Shown: one piece after another, positions 33,801 through 43,443 of the stretch
Layout: every line of letters starts with the position of its first letter
How positions within the stretch are numbered: position 1 is the stretch's first letter
From: a virus
Taxonomy: Duplodnaviria; Heunggongvirae; Uroviricota; Caudoviricetes
DNA: 49,498 nucleotides
Reading direction: 5' to 3' (one strand)
Virus record (IMG/VR): IMGVR_UViG_3300029839_000128
Made by a program: the position numbers and the translations under genes
The notes under the pieces: model-generated
What the model was told of the DNA's origin: nothing
The model's input: the letters and a program-made list of their open reading frames with translations, nothing else
The model's database searches: none

Positions 33801-36378
33801 TGGATCGGTTGCTGGATCAAGCACTGTTCAAGGCGGATCAGGTGGCGGAACTACCGGAAACGGGATTAAGATCAATCTTACCAGCGGAAATTTTGAGGGT
33901 ACCGAGTATACCTACGAGGCAAAAGAAATTGGTCTGGATGATTTTATTGCAGATTTAGAGTTGGATATTTCAACTTATGAAGACGCTATTGCTCAGATTG
34001 ATGGTCAAATTGCTACGCTGCAAGCTCTTAAAAATATTCCGCTTAAAGAGTTCAAAAGTGACTCTGGAAGTGATAGCGGCTCTGGGAGCGATGAAGTAGA
34101 AGAGTATATTGCTGATATCGATAAGTACCGTGAGGCAGTAGAGCGGCTACGGAAAGCGCAGGAGTTGGTATCTGATATTGAGCTGAAAATTGAGGACAGC
34201 GACAATATCAAAGAAAAGATTCTGCTAACACGACAACTGATTGGCGCTTATGAGCGCGAACAGGATGCACTGCACGATCTAAACAATGAGAGAGACGCCA
34301 CTATTCAGGCGGGCGTTGAATCTCTGCGAGAGTTGGGTTTTGCGGTTGAATATAACGCTGATACCAATGATCTTTGGATTTCCAATATGGAACATCTGAA
34401 TGAGTTGACAGCGGACAGCGTAGGTAGTTACGGCAGTATGCAGGAGGCTACCAATGCTCTGCGGGAGGATACCGAAGGGCTGATTGACACTATTACTGAA
34501 CTGAACGAGGAAAATCGTGAGGGCAGTGAATCGTGGAAAGAGGTTGAAAGTGGTATTAAGAGCCTGCGTGAGCAGATTACGGACTATCTCTCTGAGATTG
34601 TGCAGGAGGCAAGCGACTCTGTTGACTCTATTCAGAGTGTCTATGATACTTTACATGATGCGGCAGATGAGTATGCTTCCAGCGGCTATATCACGGTAGA
34701 TACCCTGCAAAGCATTATCGGATTGGGTCAGCAGTACCTGGCTTATTTGATGGATGAAAATGGGCAGTTGGTAATTAACGAAGAGAGTATCAAGAAAGTT
34801 ATCGCTGCCCGGACTCAACAGATGGCGATCGAAAGCTCTCTCGCCTATGTGGAAGCACTTCGCATGGCGAAGGCTGAGGGGGATATTGCAACGCTTAATA
34901 ATCTTCTGTATGCCACCGAGCAGGCCACTAATGCTACATGGGGATTTGTCTATGCAAATCTGGCGTTGGCCGGGTTGGACGACGCTCAATATCAGGCAGC
35001 GCTGCAAAATATCAACGCTTTGCGTTCTTTGGCGGAAAGCGCGGTACAGAGTATTGGGCAGACAGTTGGCGGTGTAACAGAAGAGCTGGAAGAGATGCAG
35101 AATGGATTGAACGACATCCTTGATTATGTGATGGATATGCTTAAACAGCGTATTCAAGATCAGATCGACGGATTGGAGGACATGAAGGATGCGTACTCCG
35201 AAATCATTGAATTGAAAAAGGAGTCGTTGGAGGCCAGCAAAAATGAGGCAGACTATCAGAAAACTATGGCGTCTAAGATGCGGGAAATCGCAAAGTTGCA
35301 AGCTCGTATTGATGCGTTGAGTTTGGATGATAGTCGTGAGGCTCAGGCGGAAAAGACGGCGCTGCTTGAAGAGATGTCAGAACTCCAGCAAGAGTTGGCA
35401 GATGATCAGGCAGACAGAACGCTTGAAGCTCAGGAAGATGCCCTGGACAAGATGGAAGAAGCTTATCACGAGGAGAAGGATAAGGAGATTGAGATCCTGG
35501 AGGATAGTATCTCTTCTTACCAGAAACTTTATGATATGGCGATTGAGTATATTGAGTCCCACTGGGATACGCTGTATAGCGAACTGATCAGCTGGAACAC
35601 CCAGTATGGCGATGTGCTGAACAGTGAAATTACCAGTGCTTGGGATAATTGCCTTGCTGCCGCACAGCGGTACGGAAGCTATGTATCTGCGCTGAATAAC
35701 ATCGGTGGAGATATTGAGGCTTCGCAGTCTTCCGGCACAAACATCCAGGTAGGGAACACCAACTACGATAACAGCTCCAGCAATGAAGATATGGTTCATG
35801 CGATCATCAAGGAGATGTATGCAAACAGTCGGTTGCACCACTCAGAAGATGAGGCGGGTAAGGCATATTTGAATAAGCGGAACCTGGTACTTGGCGCTCA
35901 GCTGGCACAGTACGGCATTACTGCGGTGCGCGGCGACGATGGCGTTTGGTATGTAGACAGGGTTGGTGGTGAGCTGTTGTACGATAAGTACAAAAAGTAT
36001 ATCTATCACAAGGGTGGTATCGTTGGCGGCGGAGATTTGAAATCCAATGAGCAGATCTCTCTGCTGAAAACCAAGGAGTGGGTGTTGAGCGAACAAATGG
36101 TGGACAATTTGACCACGCAGATGGATCGTATTAACCTGCTTTCTGAAGCCCTGAGCGATCTACCGGATTATGCCGGTAACTCCACTTTTGCCGATGTAAT
36201 GAAGCAAGTGGCCGGCAGTAAGACGGTGAATAATGTTACCAATAACAGCAAACCCATTGAGCTACAAATTGGTGACACGACAATTTACGGAGCGGATCAG
36301 TCTACGGTCAAAGAGCATATCAAGATTACACGCGATATGGTCAATCAGATCGGGCGGATCATTGGAATCGGGAGATAA
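27871..36378 (+). CDS. tail tape measure protein
   Basis: 2835-aa Ala/Glu-rich helical protein. It has a TMP core (LDTAMIDLRK..EWSRLGY..VGNALKTISMRIRG), hydrophobic segments and a C-terminal YHKGGIVG. The start may be GTG 27883. Confidence 0.92.
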   Translation: MVRNVDEDLKIVVTSELEADEQASAQRISAQLPSIAKLINQQSKIKVRVEVDNSNIQTEAQKFSKELSRATQTHKVGVSVGLDQASVRKMQAELNSLKVSPDVSHAMTEQLEKMGIQIDRITGRWEQASNQEERMLSLSIQGTDQLGRSVSYLQTYDAITGDINTHLTNVTMNLERQRQIEAQIAAKAKADNESRISYLTKQKAVLSDIQASYTGATSAKPVNDTTHLDALNAKYTELETKIQTMIGTTGQLDKVQRASIEAEIAALKQLVKEYQNAEYVATKLRTKDIGSIKTDQFAALDTLEKRLQSAGTLTDEFKSRISGLRTQLGEAFDPASLTAFLNSFDRLEGDVKTFQEQLRGVNALYTQMIAVENKVTRTKTAMVGLDPTADKEKLAVLNEQLALYERQRQMLNEQLTPYAAIIQYARQAESAERARLENEIKLKLSGAELADKAREIDQTMQRIPSTVQDLQMRFSQLVAPTDNLIQKMQMLRETEAAYSSAKTDAEKIAAYERLQFLIAECSKEMSELNRVQRGDVLNFKFNENLEKAKADLAAVGRQWSALKSDPGLNAQFQQLGYNLQVIDNQMDLNKWTSQFSRFKSEVKAAGKNMQSLGDVLKNNVGKVLQWVSATTLLFRAFSILRNAISTVVALDTAMIDLRKTTQATEEEYRKFYLSANETAKALGVTTEEVISQTAEWSRLGYTMQEAAKLAENSAIFRAVSPEMDIDMATDGLVSIIKAFDIDVDDTMDGIISKVNSVGNAFAVSNADIVEALTRSSAAMSAANNTFDETVALATAAIEITRDASSVGNALKTISMRIRGYDEETEEYVGGVEELTGAIADLTKTASNNNRGISLFEEGDPETYRSTYDILADIAAIWDELTDKNRADLLDKLFGKQRAQVGAAMLANFEQADAAIKTMANSAGSAEAEMENIYQSLDYKLNALQETWVGVAQNLFDTDQMKLVVDGLTALSNAVDWLTDKLGLFGTIGLVVVIGHLVKFRSTLSTINTAITPVLNTLSNISFDGSTSSVLSYALALSSLEPTQQRLAMSMAGLNAEQQQQVITMMTAVAAMKQYTVAELEKTLGMEAGTLANELNVASTERVTVEILKAAVANGTLTQAQMEQILMTNRQAAANNTAGLSFKNLGATAGAAWKSMSALSKFSLIAGVVTTAISLISAAWTYFSERAERAKQKMEELENEYEELASTISSTATTFRNLRNTSEEIIPRFVELAKGVDKFGKNVSLTDEEYEEFLSLNNQIAEMFPEINMGMDSNGNAMLALSYSADTLTESLMALVEAERAAANAEIAKTMPDVLTNIEETNEVYRDQIADLRDIQDEYTQVFEDIQNRSLPTEVGRFSTKEAGEAAAREFIQKAQELGMHGSVYIDDQQSTNNGYVFKVEWDYSALDVAPTLNMPYIEDQYEIAIQRYEQQINNFEERMRAKWAQLNPVVGSWLQTDFMFQDLNGQMQEIAETMVSGLDFSELGLTTQEEVQQYVDDNIVEPLFLAAPEVKEAFNSIVDWKEQLANGEITNEDFASNIREAFDGIFASLQPANAEAFKNIFTTAFNEMGIAGSNFNSVLDGLIDEWAGNTSGAQQFSGELSELSETLSALKSSYDLLEQAQEDMATGGLTAETIEALANAEEDYLSYLYEENGVVKLNVEAWKEKANAQMAGDIALIESEISAIEQQNAALRDNIAYYEEQRSLGNDGGLWSSLIAEATSEIEANNAAIAEHQKKLAMYSVLYGDITGDVDAYTAALHNFTNVANSIDSISSSFQTLADLQATVADGFTMSLEKALEFAAVYPEILNNAQVTADGQIALNEGVVNTFIQGKKAELDTQIDAQIAQLEADKAVLEAKMQAAQAQLDLAKSVGEGEGQISKELAEYRINAGNAVAQALIDAGIDEATAFKLAAAAMSQNAQEFNQIAADVCTDVNGNFNQAAYDLAQTMYNNLTNVKTDLASVAKQAHQTAQAIAGIADGSVAGSSTVQGGSGGGTTGNGIKINLTSGNFEGTEYTYEAKEIGLDDFIADLELDISTYEDAIAQIDGQIATLQALKNIPLKEFKSDSGSDSGSGSDEVEEYIADIDKYREAVERLRKAQELVSDIELKIEDSDNIKEKILLTRQLIGAYEREQDALHDLNNERDATIQAGVESLRELGFAVEYNADTNDLWISNMEHLNELTADSVGSYGSMQEATNALREDTEGLIDTITELNEENREGSESWKEVESGIKSLREQITDYLSEIVQEASDSVDSIQSVYDTLHDAADEYASSGYITVDTLQSIIGLGQQYLAYLMDENGQLVINEESIKKVIAARTQQMAIESSLAYVEALRMAKAEGDIATLNNLLYATEQATNATWGFVYANLALAGLDDAQYQAALQNINALRSLAESAVQSIGQTVGGVTEELEEMQNGLNDILDYVMDMLKQRIQDQIDGLEDMKDAYSEIIELKKESLEASKNEADYQKTMASKMREIAKLQARIDALSLDDSREAQAEKTALLEEMSELQQELADDQADRTLEAQEDALDKMEEAYHEEKDKEIEILEDSISSYQKLYDMAIEYIESHWDTLYSELISWNTQYGDVLNSEITSAWDNCLAAAQRYGSYVSALNNIGGDIEASQSSGTNIQVGNTNYDNSSSNEDMVHAIIKEMYANSRLHHSEDEAGKAYLNKRNLVLGAQLAQYGITAVRGDDGVWYVDRVGGELLYDKYKKYIYHKGGIVGGGDLKSNEQISLLKTKEWVLSEQMVDNLTTQMDRINLLSEALSDLPDYAGNSTFADVMKQVAGSKTVNNVTNNSKPIELQIGDTTIYGADQSTVKEHIKITRDMVNQIGRIIGIGR

Positions 36379-36382
36379 GATT

Positions 36383-36410
36383 GGGACGCCCCGTTTGGGG
36401 CGTTCCTTTC
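36383..36410 (+). terminator. hairpin/terminator after tape measure
   Basis: GGGACGCCCC-gttt-GGGGCGTTCC followed by TTTC. Confidence 0.6.
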
Positions 36411-36431
36411 ATTAGCAAGGAAGGGAAGACG

Positions 36432-37217
36432 ATGTTTAAGAGCTATGAATTTACCTATGCTGGAATGCCCGCTTCCATGTTCAGTATGTATGTCGCGGAT
36501 ATGTCCAGCAATAAACACACTGCCAATAGTTTTGGCAATAAGGCAAACTTGGTGGAAAAGCGTCTTGCAAACCGCATTGCGCCTATTCACTATGGTGTGC
36601 GATATAACGACAGCCCATTAAGCTTTACCCTGATTTTCGGCGCAGATCATAAGTTAGACCGATATGAAATGCAGGCCGTTTCCAAGTGGCTAACTGGATA
36701 TCAGGATTATCAATGGCTAAGTATCGATCAGCCGGATATGGAGCATATTCAATTCCGCTGCTTGATTCAAGAATTGACACCCATTCATTTGAGTTGGGCA
36801 CCGATGGCTTTTGAAGCAAAAATTATTTGTGATTGTCCTTATGGGTATAGCTACCCTTTTGAGAAAACTTATCAAATTAGTGGCTCAACTACGGTGCGGT
36901 TTTATAACGATAGTTCCTGTATGGAACAACTGCGCCCGGAGATGCTGATCAATCTCTCTGCGGGTAACTCCAACTTCGGCGTGAAGAATTTGACGACAGG
37001 GGATGAGATGATATTCACCGGTTTGCCGGGGAGCGAACTGACTATTCGGATTGACAATGAAAATCAAGTGATTACGGAAGAAGTGTCTGGTTACGACTTG
37101 TACGATTACTTTAACTTTGGTTTTCTTAGGTTAGATCCAGGGGACAACGAACTGGTGTTTACCGGAAATGGTAGCGTAACACTTAAAGGAAGATACCTTT
37201 ATAATGTGGGTGCATAA
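36432..37217 (+). CDS. distal tail protein (Dit)
   Basis: Directly after TMP; starts MFKSYEFTYAG, contains CDCPYGYS and C-terminal FLRLDPGDNEL. ATG 36432 follows an RBS. Confidence 0.75.
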   Translation: MFKSYEFTYAGMPASMFSMYVADMSSNKHTANSFGNKANLVEKRLANRIAPIHYGVRYNDSPLSFTLIFGADHKLDRYEMQAVSKWLTGYQDYQWLSIDQPDMEHIQFRCLIQELTPIHLSWAPMAFEAKIICDCPYGYSYPFEKTYQISGSTTVRFYNDSSCMEQLRPEMLINLSAGNSNFGVKNLTTGDEMIFTGLPGSELTIRIDNENQVITEEVSGYDLYDYFNFGFLRLDPGDNELVFTGNGSVTLKGRYLYNVGA

Positions 37218-37232
37218 GAAAGGAGGCCAGAG

Positions 37233-40200
37233 GTGTATCTGGATTATTCAAAATTGAAAAGCGGCCAGATCAAGCAGCCTGAGTTGAGGCTACAAACTCT
37301 GGCTGGTAAAGAATTGGGGATTATCCCATGGGTCAATGGATTGAACTTCGAGCTAAACTATGCAGCGGTAAGTCGTGTAGAGTTCGATGTTCCTCGGCAT
37401 TCTGATGGTAAAATCAATCCTTTGTATCAGAAATTGACCAGCTATAAGATGTTGTTTACCAAAGAACTTGGTATTTACATTCTGCAAAGACCTACTACGT
37501 CGGGAGACGGTGTATCGGAGGTTAAGCATATTACTGGTTATTCTATTGAGCAGATTTTTGAAAAGAAGATGCTCTTTTTAGAAGAGGGAACCTACAATTT
37601 CTGGAACCCAGTGACGCCGGATGATACAATTCTGGGAAGAATCCTGGAGTTGGATACTACATGGAGCATTGGTTATGTCGATCCAAAGTTAATTGGATGT
37701 TATCGCACATTTGATGAGTATGATAGCGACGCTCTAAGTTTCTGCTACGGAAGTGCTATGGAGAAGTACAACTGCACTATCGTATTTGATGTGTACGCAA
37801 AAACCATCAATGCTTATGATGCCGGCAAGAGTCGGGGCACGGTACCGGTCTATCTTAGCTATCAAAATTTGGTGGATGCAGTAGACCTGGAAGAGTTGAC
37901 TGACGACATGGTGACACAGCTGCATTTGTACGGATCAGACGACTTGAGTATCCGTGACGTAAACCCTATGGGTACGGACTATCTGGTAGATCTATCCTAT
38001 TTTATTTCCAATGGTGATCTGGATGTAGTCCCGGAGGGAAGTACCGTAAAGTTGGCTGAACGTGTGAAGGGTTGGGACGCTTTAATCCGCAGCAATCAAG
38101 GATACTATACCAATCTGGTAGCGGCGCGTGCCTCCAAGACAGCACAAAAGCTGGCTGAGGAGGTAACGCTTGCGGATCTGAAAAGTGAACTGGAAGTGCT
38201 AACGACGGAGCAGAGTGTAATCATTCAGGCGATTGCGCTGGAGACCACCGAAGCGGGCAAGGCCACTCAGCAAAAAAACTTGTCTGATAAGACGGCAGAG
38301 ATCGATCGTAAGAAAGAGGAGATTGCCTCTCAGGAGGCAGTCATCGCAGACTTGCAGGATGAGATCGATCAATATGCTGGAGATATTCAGGCTGTAGTCA
38401 ATCAGTTGGCATTCTCCAAGTATTTTACAGAAGCCGAGCAAAAGATCCTTAACCTGTATTTGATTGAGGGCGATACGACAGAAGAGACATTTGTGGCGAC
38501 CGATGTTGATACTGCGGCGTCCGGTGCGATTTCCACCATTCAAGGCAGCTTGAAGATCAGTGATTCAAATGTAGTGCGTGCGACATTGAACGGGAAGAAG
38601 TTGTATGGCGCTACGGGCGGAGCACTTCAGATTATCAGTGCCAAGCTGACAACGGATATTGTGCAAGGAACTTTGGAAGTAGACGAGAGTAGCGGTGCAT
38701 ATGTGCTGACAGCCTATATGGGAACGATTACTTTTGGAGAGCATAGTTTTCCAAGCGGTATGATTACGGTATCTGGCACACTTTCTCAATTTTCCAGTGA
38801 CATTTCTACTCAAAACAGCGAGGGTGTTTCGGAGGATAAAGGAAGTTGGATTTCTTTTGAAGCGGCGTCGTCTAAGATGTTTTTCACTGTAAATGTGAAC
38901 GATTATCAGAAGTATTCTGTCGCCCGTGAGCTTTACTCATTCGGAGAGGAGTTGCTGGAGGAGTGGGCGTGGCCGGTATACGAGTTTTCTATCGATACGG
39001 CTAACTTCCTGTTTCAAAAGGAATTTGAACCGTTCAAAGACAAGCTTGAGTTCGGTAAGAACATTTATTTGAATATCGGCGATGAGGGCGTTATTGAGCC
39101 GAAGTTTATCGGTTTGAGTATCGATTTTGATAATCCCGAAAATATTACCCTGACATTTTCCAATCGTTTTCAAAAGCGAGATGTAGTAGCAAATTGGTTG
39201 AGCGATATTAACAAGACCAGTGCTTCCAGTCGGAGTTTTGATGCCAGTAAGTATCTCTATAACAAGACGGCAAATAAAACTACGCAGGTTTCTCAATTTA
39301 TGGAGAATGCGCTGGATGCTGCGGTGAACACCATTATTGGTGCCAGTAACCAGAGCGTCGTGATTAACGGTGCAGGTATTCAGGTGGGCGGTGACAGTAA
39401 GTATCAGTTGCGCATTGTGGATAATATGATCGCTATGACTGACGATAGCTGGCAAAGCGCAAAACTTGCGTTGGGGCGGTTCTATTCTGATGCAAAAACT
39501 GGTCTGAAAGATGACAGTGGAAAAGATATTCTAATTGGCGAGACTTGGGGTATTAACACAGAACTGTTGGCCGGTAATTTGATTATCGGTAATAATTTGG
39601 TGTTGGAAAACGCTAATGATGATGGCGTGATGCAGTTCAAAGTGGATGCTACTGGTGCGTGGCTCTATAATGCTTCATATATCATGCAACATAATAATGG
39701 CGGATTGATGATTTTCGACCCCAAATATGGCATTGTAGCGGGAACTAAACTTTTGTTCGATACCAACGGAACTACGGTTACTCCAGAATTTATTGACGAG
39801 TATGGAGATATTGAGTTTGACTCAGATGGTATGCCTGAAAACGCAAACTTCTTTTTGGATTTACGAGACGGTAGTGCATATTTTCGTGGTAAGGTAACGG
39901 CTACTTCTGGTAAGATTGGCGGATTTACCATCGAAGATACATTTTTGCATGGTGGTAGTAATTCTAATTATGTGGCGTTGAATGGATCTGGCAGTGGAGC
40001 TAACAGTCTTTATGCAATGTGGGCTGGAAGTCCTACCCCAGAAAATGCACCGTTTTCTGTTAGAAAGAATGGAGACCTCTATGCTAAAAACGGCACATTT
40101 AGAGGAACTGTGTCTGGAGCATCGTTTAGAGATCGTGCTGGAAATTCTATGATGAATAGTTTGTATGAGTTTACCGCAGATTATCTGAACCTAAACGGAA

Positions 40201-41156
40201 TCAATGTTGGTAATGGTAACTTTGTAGTTGATTCGTCAGGAAATGTTTCTATCAAAGGAAGCATCACAATGGCAGCGGGGTCATCTATTAACTGGGCGCT
40301 TGTAAGCGAACAGAATACCGCACAAAGCGCAGCTTATTCCAGAGCGGATACTGCATACAATTTAGCGGATTCTGCTTATTCCAGGGCGAATACAGCATTC
40401 AATTTAGCGGACTCCGCTTATGATAATGCTGATGACGCATACAATCTTGCATGGGAAAATCGCCTGACAGATCTGAATGTATTCAATGTTTTGACGGGCG
40501 GTGGAAGTAGATTTGGAATTTTTAGTGATTCTACATCAAATAGACTATATATCAACGCAAGTTATATTCGTGCTGGTACGATTGATGCTGATATCGTTAC
40601 GCTTGGAAGTGATTACGGTGGATTCTGTTGTGGAAGAGGTTCAGATGGTGTCAATACAACCTATGGCGCTATGGTATATGGCTCTGCCGGCCCATACGCA
40701 GACTATTATCTTTTTGTAAGCAATAAAGGAGCAATGATGTCGGGTGGAAGCGCATCGATATATTGTGCTAACAACGGTATTCATGCTTCGGAAGAAATTT
40801 CTGTTGACTCAGACATTCGACTGAAAAATGACATTAGGTTTGATGTAGAGAAGTATGAAGATTTCTTCTTGGGATTACAGGCGTCTACATTTTGTTTGAA
40901 TGGGAGAAATGATAATTTGCGTCATATCGGGTTTATTGCACAAGAGGTGGAGAAAACACGAATTTCATGTGGTATTGATAAGAACGATCTGGCTCTTCTT
41001 GAATATTGCAAGAAGAATATTAGGGGCAGTGATGGAGATTTATCAGATAACTACTATGGTATTCGGTATGGAGAATTTATTCCATTGTGCGTACATATGA
41101 TTCAAAAATTATATCAGCGCATTAGTTATCTCGAAACAAAACTTATAAAGGAGTAA
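37233..41156 (+). CDS. Tal/tail spike protein with C-terminal peptidase S74 (intramolecular chaperone) domain
   Basis: Follows Dit. Tail-hub-like N-terminus, coiled coil, Gly-rich beta region, then SDIRLKNDI..HIGFIAQEV..YGIRYGEFIP. Confidence 0.8.
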   Translation: MYLDYSKLKSGQIKQPELRLQTLAGKELGIIPWVNGLNFELNYAAVSRVEFDVPRHSDGKINPLYQKLTSYKMLFTKELGIYILQRPTTSGDGVSEVKHITGYSIEQIFEKKMLFLEEGTYNFWNPVTPDDTILGRILELDTTWSIGYVDPKLIGCYRTFDEYDSDALSFCYGSAMEKYNCTIVFDVYAKTINAYDAGKSRGTVPVYLSYQNLVDAVDLEELTDDMVTQLHLYGSDDLSIRDVNPMGTDYLVDLSYFISNGDLDVVPEGSTVKLAERVKGWDALIRSNQGYYTNLVAARASKTAQKLAEEVTLADLKSELEVLTTEQSVIIQAIALETTEAGKATQQKNLSDKTAEIDRKKEEIASQEAVIADLQDEIDQYAGDIQAVVNQLAFSKYFTEAEQKILNLYLIEGDTTEETFVATDVDTAASGAISTIQGSLKISDSNVVRATLNGKKLYGATGGALQIISAKLTTDIVQGTLEVDESSGAYVLTAYMGTITFGEHSFPSGMITVSGTLSQFSSDISTQNSEGVSEDKGSWISFEAASSKMFFTVNVNDYQKYSVARELYSFGEELLEEWAWPVYEFSIDTANFLFQKEFEPFKDKLEFGKNIYLNIGDEGVIEPKFIGLSIDFDNPENITLTFSNRFQKRDVVANWLSDINKTSASSRSFDASKYLYNKTANKTTQVSQFMENALDAAVNTIIGASNQSVVINGAGIQVGGDSKYQLRIVDNMIAMTDDSWQSAKLALGRFYSDAKTGLKDDSGKDILIGETWGINTELLAGNLIIGNNLVLENANDDGVMQFKVDATGAWLYNASYIMQHNNGGLMIFDPKYGIVAGTKLLFDTNGTTVTPEFIDEYGDIEFDSDGMPENANFFLDLRDGSAYFRGKVTATSGKIGGFTIEDTFLHGGSNSNYVALNGSGSGANSLYAMWAGSPTPENAPFSVRKNGDLYAKNGTFRGTVSGASFRDRAGNSMMNSLYEFTADYLNLNGINVGNGNFVVDSSGNVSIKGSITMAAGSSINWALVSEQNTAQSAAYSRADTAYNLADSAYSRANTAFNLADSAYDNADDAYNLAWENRLTDLNVFNVLTGGGSRFGIFSDSTSNRLYINASYIRAGTIDADIVTLGSDYGGFCCGRGSDGVNTTYGAMVYGSAGPYADYYLFVSNKGAMMSGGSASIYCANNGIHASEEISVDSDIRLKNDIRFDVEKYEDFFLGLQASTFCLNGRNDNLRHIGFIAQEVEKTRISCGIDKNDLALLEYCKKNIRGSDGDLSDNYYGIRYGEFIPLCVHMIQKLYQRISYLETKLIKE
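40332..40450 (+). repeat. ~3 x 42-bp tandem repeat (AYSRADTAYNLADS)
   Basis: Period-42 repeats start at 40332, 40374 and 40416. Confidence 0.85.
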
Positions 41157-41162
41157 CAACTT

Positions 41163-41339
41163 ATGAAAACTGAAATCATGCAGCGTCTGAATCTTATTTT
41201 AGGAGCACTTAACTCCATTTCCGTTAGCGGAAAAACTAATCTTGCAAACCTAAGTGGTAGCATTGCGATGTTGGAAGAAGTAGCGCAGAAGTTAAATGGT
41301 GTAGAAATTGTGGAATCGGATGAACCCACTGAAAAATAA
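41163..41339 (+). CDS. small hypothetical protein (58 aa, not in ORF track)
   Basis: AAGGAG RBS; MKTEIMQRLNLILGALNSISVSGKTNLANL...EPTEK*; fills the gap exactly. Confidence 0.75.
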   Translation: MKTEIMQRLNLILGALNSISVSGKTNLANLSGSIAMLEEVAQKLNGVEIVESDEPTEK

Positions 41340-41347
41340 TATGGAGG

Positions 41348-41746
41348 GTGGTGATGGGCGTGAATTGCGACTATAACCCTTATTCGCTCCCCACCATTGA
41401 CTTTGTAGGAGGATCAACGCAAGAGTTAGTGTTTCATACCTTCTTTTCTCAGAATAAGAAACCGTTTGATTTATCCTCCTGCACAGCCAGTTTTGCGGTG
41501 ATCAGTTTTATCAATAAGAATGGATCTCCGCTTATTATCAAAACTATGCAGATTGATAAAAGTGAGGACGGAGACGGGACAGTAACAAATGTTCTGCGTG
41601 TGGTATTACAACCGGAGGATACGGTAGATTTGGTGGGTAAGTTTATCTATCAGATTTCGATTCAAGATATCTCAGGTGATATTGAGATCCCGGATCAGGG
41701 TATTCTTCGTATTGCAAATAATATCCACAAAAATTTTTCTCGGTAA
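41348..41746 (+). CDS. BppU-N-like baseplate/tail protein
   Basis: PFDLSSCTASF..VVLQPEDT..GKFIYQISI pattern typical of baseplate-upper N-terminal domains. Confidence 0.55.
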   Translation: MVMGVNCDYNPYSLPTIDFVGGSTQELVFHTFFSQNKKPFDLSSCTASFAVISFINKNGSPLIIKTMQIDKSEDGDGTVTNVLRVVLQPEDTVDLVGKFIYQISIQDISGDIEIPDQGILRIANNIHKNFSR

Positions 41747-41782
41747 GCAACACATAAAATCATTTAGAAAGGATGACGAACA

Positions 41783-42187
41783 ATGAATACGACCTATTTT
41801 CTAAATTTGGTATCGGGCAATGTGTTCGGTTCCAAAAAATCTCCGGCTATTCCTGAAAAGTATTATCTGGGTTTGAGCAGCACTGCACCTTCCTTGGACG
41901 GTAGTGGCGTAACCGAGCCTGGTGATGGTACTGGTTATGCTCGTGTAGAGCTGACATCGCTGAGTGCGCCTATCAATGGTGGCGTGACTAACGGTGGCGC
42001 AATCGATTTTGCGGAGAGTACCGCTGAATGGGGCACTATGACACACTATGTCATTTACGATGCGCTATCTGAAGGTAATCTGTTGATGTATGGCGAGTTG
42101 TCTGCCAGTCGTAAAGTTGAGGCGGACACGATTATGACAATCAAGTTGGGTTCTCTGAATCTGTCCGTAGTAAACCCCACGGCATAA
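41783..42187 (+). CDS. phage tail fibre/structural protein
   Basis: YLGLSSTAP..GYARV..IDF..WGTMTHY.IYDA..GNLL motif common in small phage tail proteins. Confidence 0.65.
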   Translation: MNTTYFLNLVSGNVFGSKKSPAIPEKYYLGLSSTAPSLDGSGVTEPGDGTGYARVELTSLSAPINGGVTNGGAIDFAESTAEWGTMTHYVIYDALSEGNLLMYGELSASRKVEADTIMTIKLGSLNLSVVNPTA

Positions 42188-42200
42188 GGAGCGATAATAT

Positions 42201-43124
42201 ATGAAGGAGTACGATATTTTCCTGAAACGGCGTTTGGCCGAGGGCACGATCATCGTTTACTCCCTCCCGTATCGTGATGGCGTATCCGTAGTCAACAGAG
42301 TGATTTTGCAGGCAATGTTATCGTACTTTGCTTTGCAAAAAAAGATTGCAGTGTCCAACCAATCCTCTTTGCTGGCCGAGCTGGATGAAATGCTGGCAAC
42401 AGTCAGTGAGAGGATTGGCGATCAGGTTTGTCTGGATGCGCACGCTAAACTTGCGCTCAAGTATCAAAATGAGTTAGAACAAGCGGCAATGGAGTTGGAT
42501 ATTCCAACTTTTGTGTTGTTTGCTCAGAGCTTTTTTGCTTTTGAGAATCAGATCGGCATCCAGGTAAGTCAACCAGAGGGTTATACCAAAAGTTCTATTG
42601 GTAACGCTTTGAGCAAAATGTCGCTGTTGGTAGCAAGCCTTGGAGAGCAAAAGCAGGTTTTTGAGGCTATTCAAAATCGAACTGTTTTTCAGGCAGATTC
42701 CCTGGCGTTTGTAAAGCATGACTTTGAGCAGGGAGAGAGCGCGATGGAAATTGGGTCGGCAAGCCCAGAACTATATTATCGCTACACAATGGGTATGGAA
42801 GCCGCGTTTGCGATTGCGGCAAGTATCGGTGAAACAGAGTTCCACTACTCTTTGGGAGACGGTAGTAGTGCGATGAGTATTACTACTTCTAAGCCGGAGA
42901 CTGCGGCGGAGAAAAGATTGCAAATTAACAATGCCATTGAGATGTTCTCATCATTGGTGGTCGAAACGATCAGTATGTTTGCAGTATCAAATAGCGCAGA
43001 AATTCTATCGGCGTTGAACGCAGGGATGAAGCGGTATCGCCTACTTTCAGAACTGGATGATAAAGCGCTAACTGAAATTGACAATATGACTCTGAAAGAT
43101 TTGGACTTTGTTGTACTTGCTTAG
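42201..43124 (+). CDS. hypothetical tail-module protein
   Basis: 307-aa ORF with AAGGAG RBS. Confidence 0.7.
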   Translation: MKEYDIFLKRRLAEGTIIVYSLPYRDGVSVVNRVILQAMLSYFALQKKIAVSNQSSLLAELDEMLATVSERIGDQVCLDAHAKLALKYQNELEQAAMELDIPTFVLFAQSFFAFENQIGIQVSQPEGYTKSSIGNALSKMSLLVASLGEQKQVFEAIQNRTVFQADSLAFVKHDFEQGESAMEIGSASPELYYRYTMGMEAAFAIAASIGETEFHYSLGDGSSAMSITTSKPETAAEKRLQINNAIEMFSSLVVETISMFAVSNSAEILSALNAGMKRYRLLSELDDKALTEIDNMTLKDLDFVVLA

Positions 43125-43140
43125 GAAAGGAGTAAAGAAA

Positions 43141-43431
43141 ATGTCACAGGCACATTTGGGGAGTTTTAACGGAACTGTGACGCCAAACATCAATATGTTG
43201 GATGTATTCAAGGCAAATGAAATTGCTGATAACCCTAACAGCATCTTGAACTTTGGCGATATGGTGCTGAAGAAATTCGGCATCTCGTGTCCCGCAGGAA
43301 CCACAATTATTATTAACGGGAAAGAAATCCCGTTGTTTACAGGAGTTTTCGAGCTTGGTATGAATCAAATCGATATTACATCGTTGGTTTTCAAGCAAGC
43401 TGTCGATGTAAATATTTACTATATGTTTTAA
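43141..43431 (+). CDS. hypothetical protein
   Basis: ATG 43141 follows AAAGGAG (track start 43108). Confidence 0.7.
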   Translation: MSQAHLGSFNGTVTPNINMLDVFKANEIADNPNSILNFGDMVLKKFGISCPAGTTIIINGKEIPLFTGVFELGMNQIDITSLVFKQAVDVNIYYMF

Positions 43432-43443
43432 GGAGGGGAGCGT

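Noticed and set aside
36381..36431. Track start of Dit at TTG 36381
   Set aside because: This stretch is a terminator-like hairpin; the RBS supports ATG 36432.
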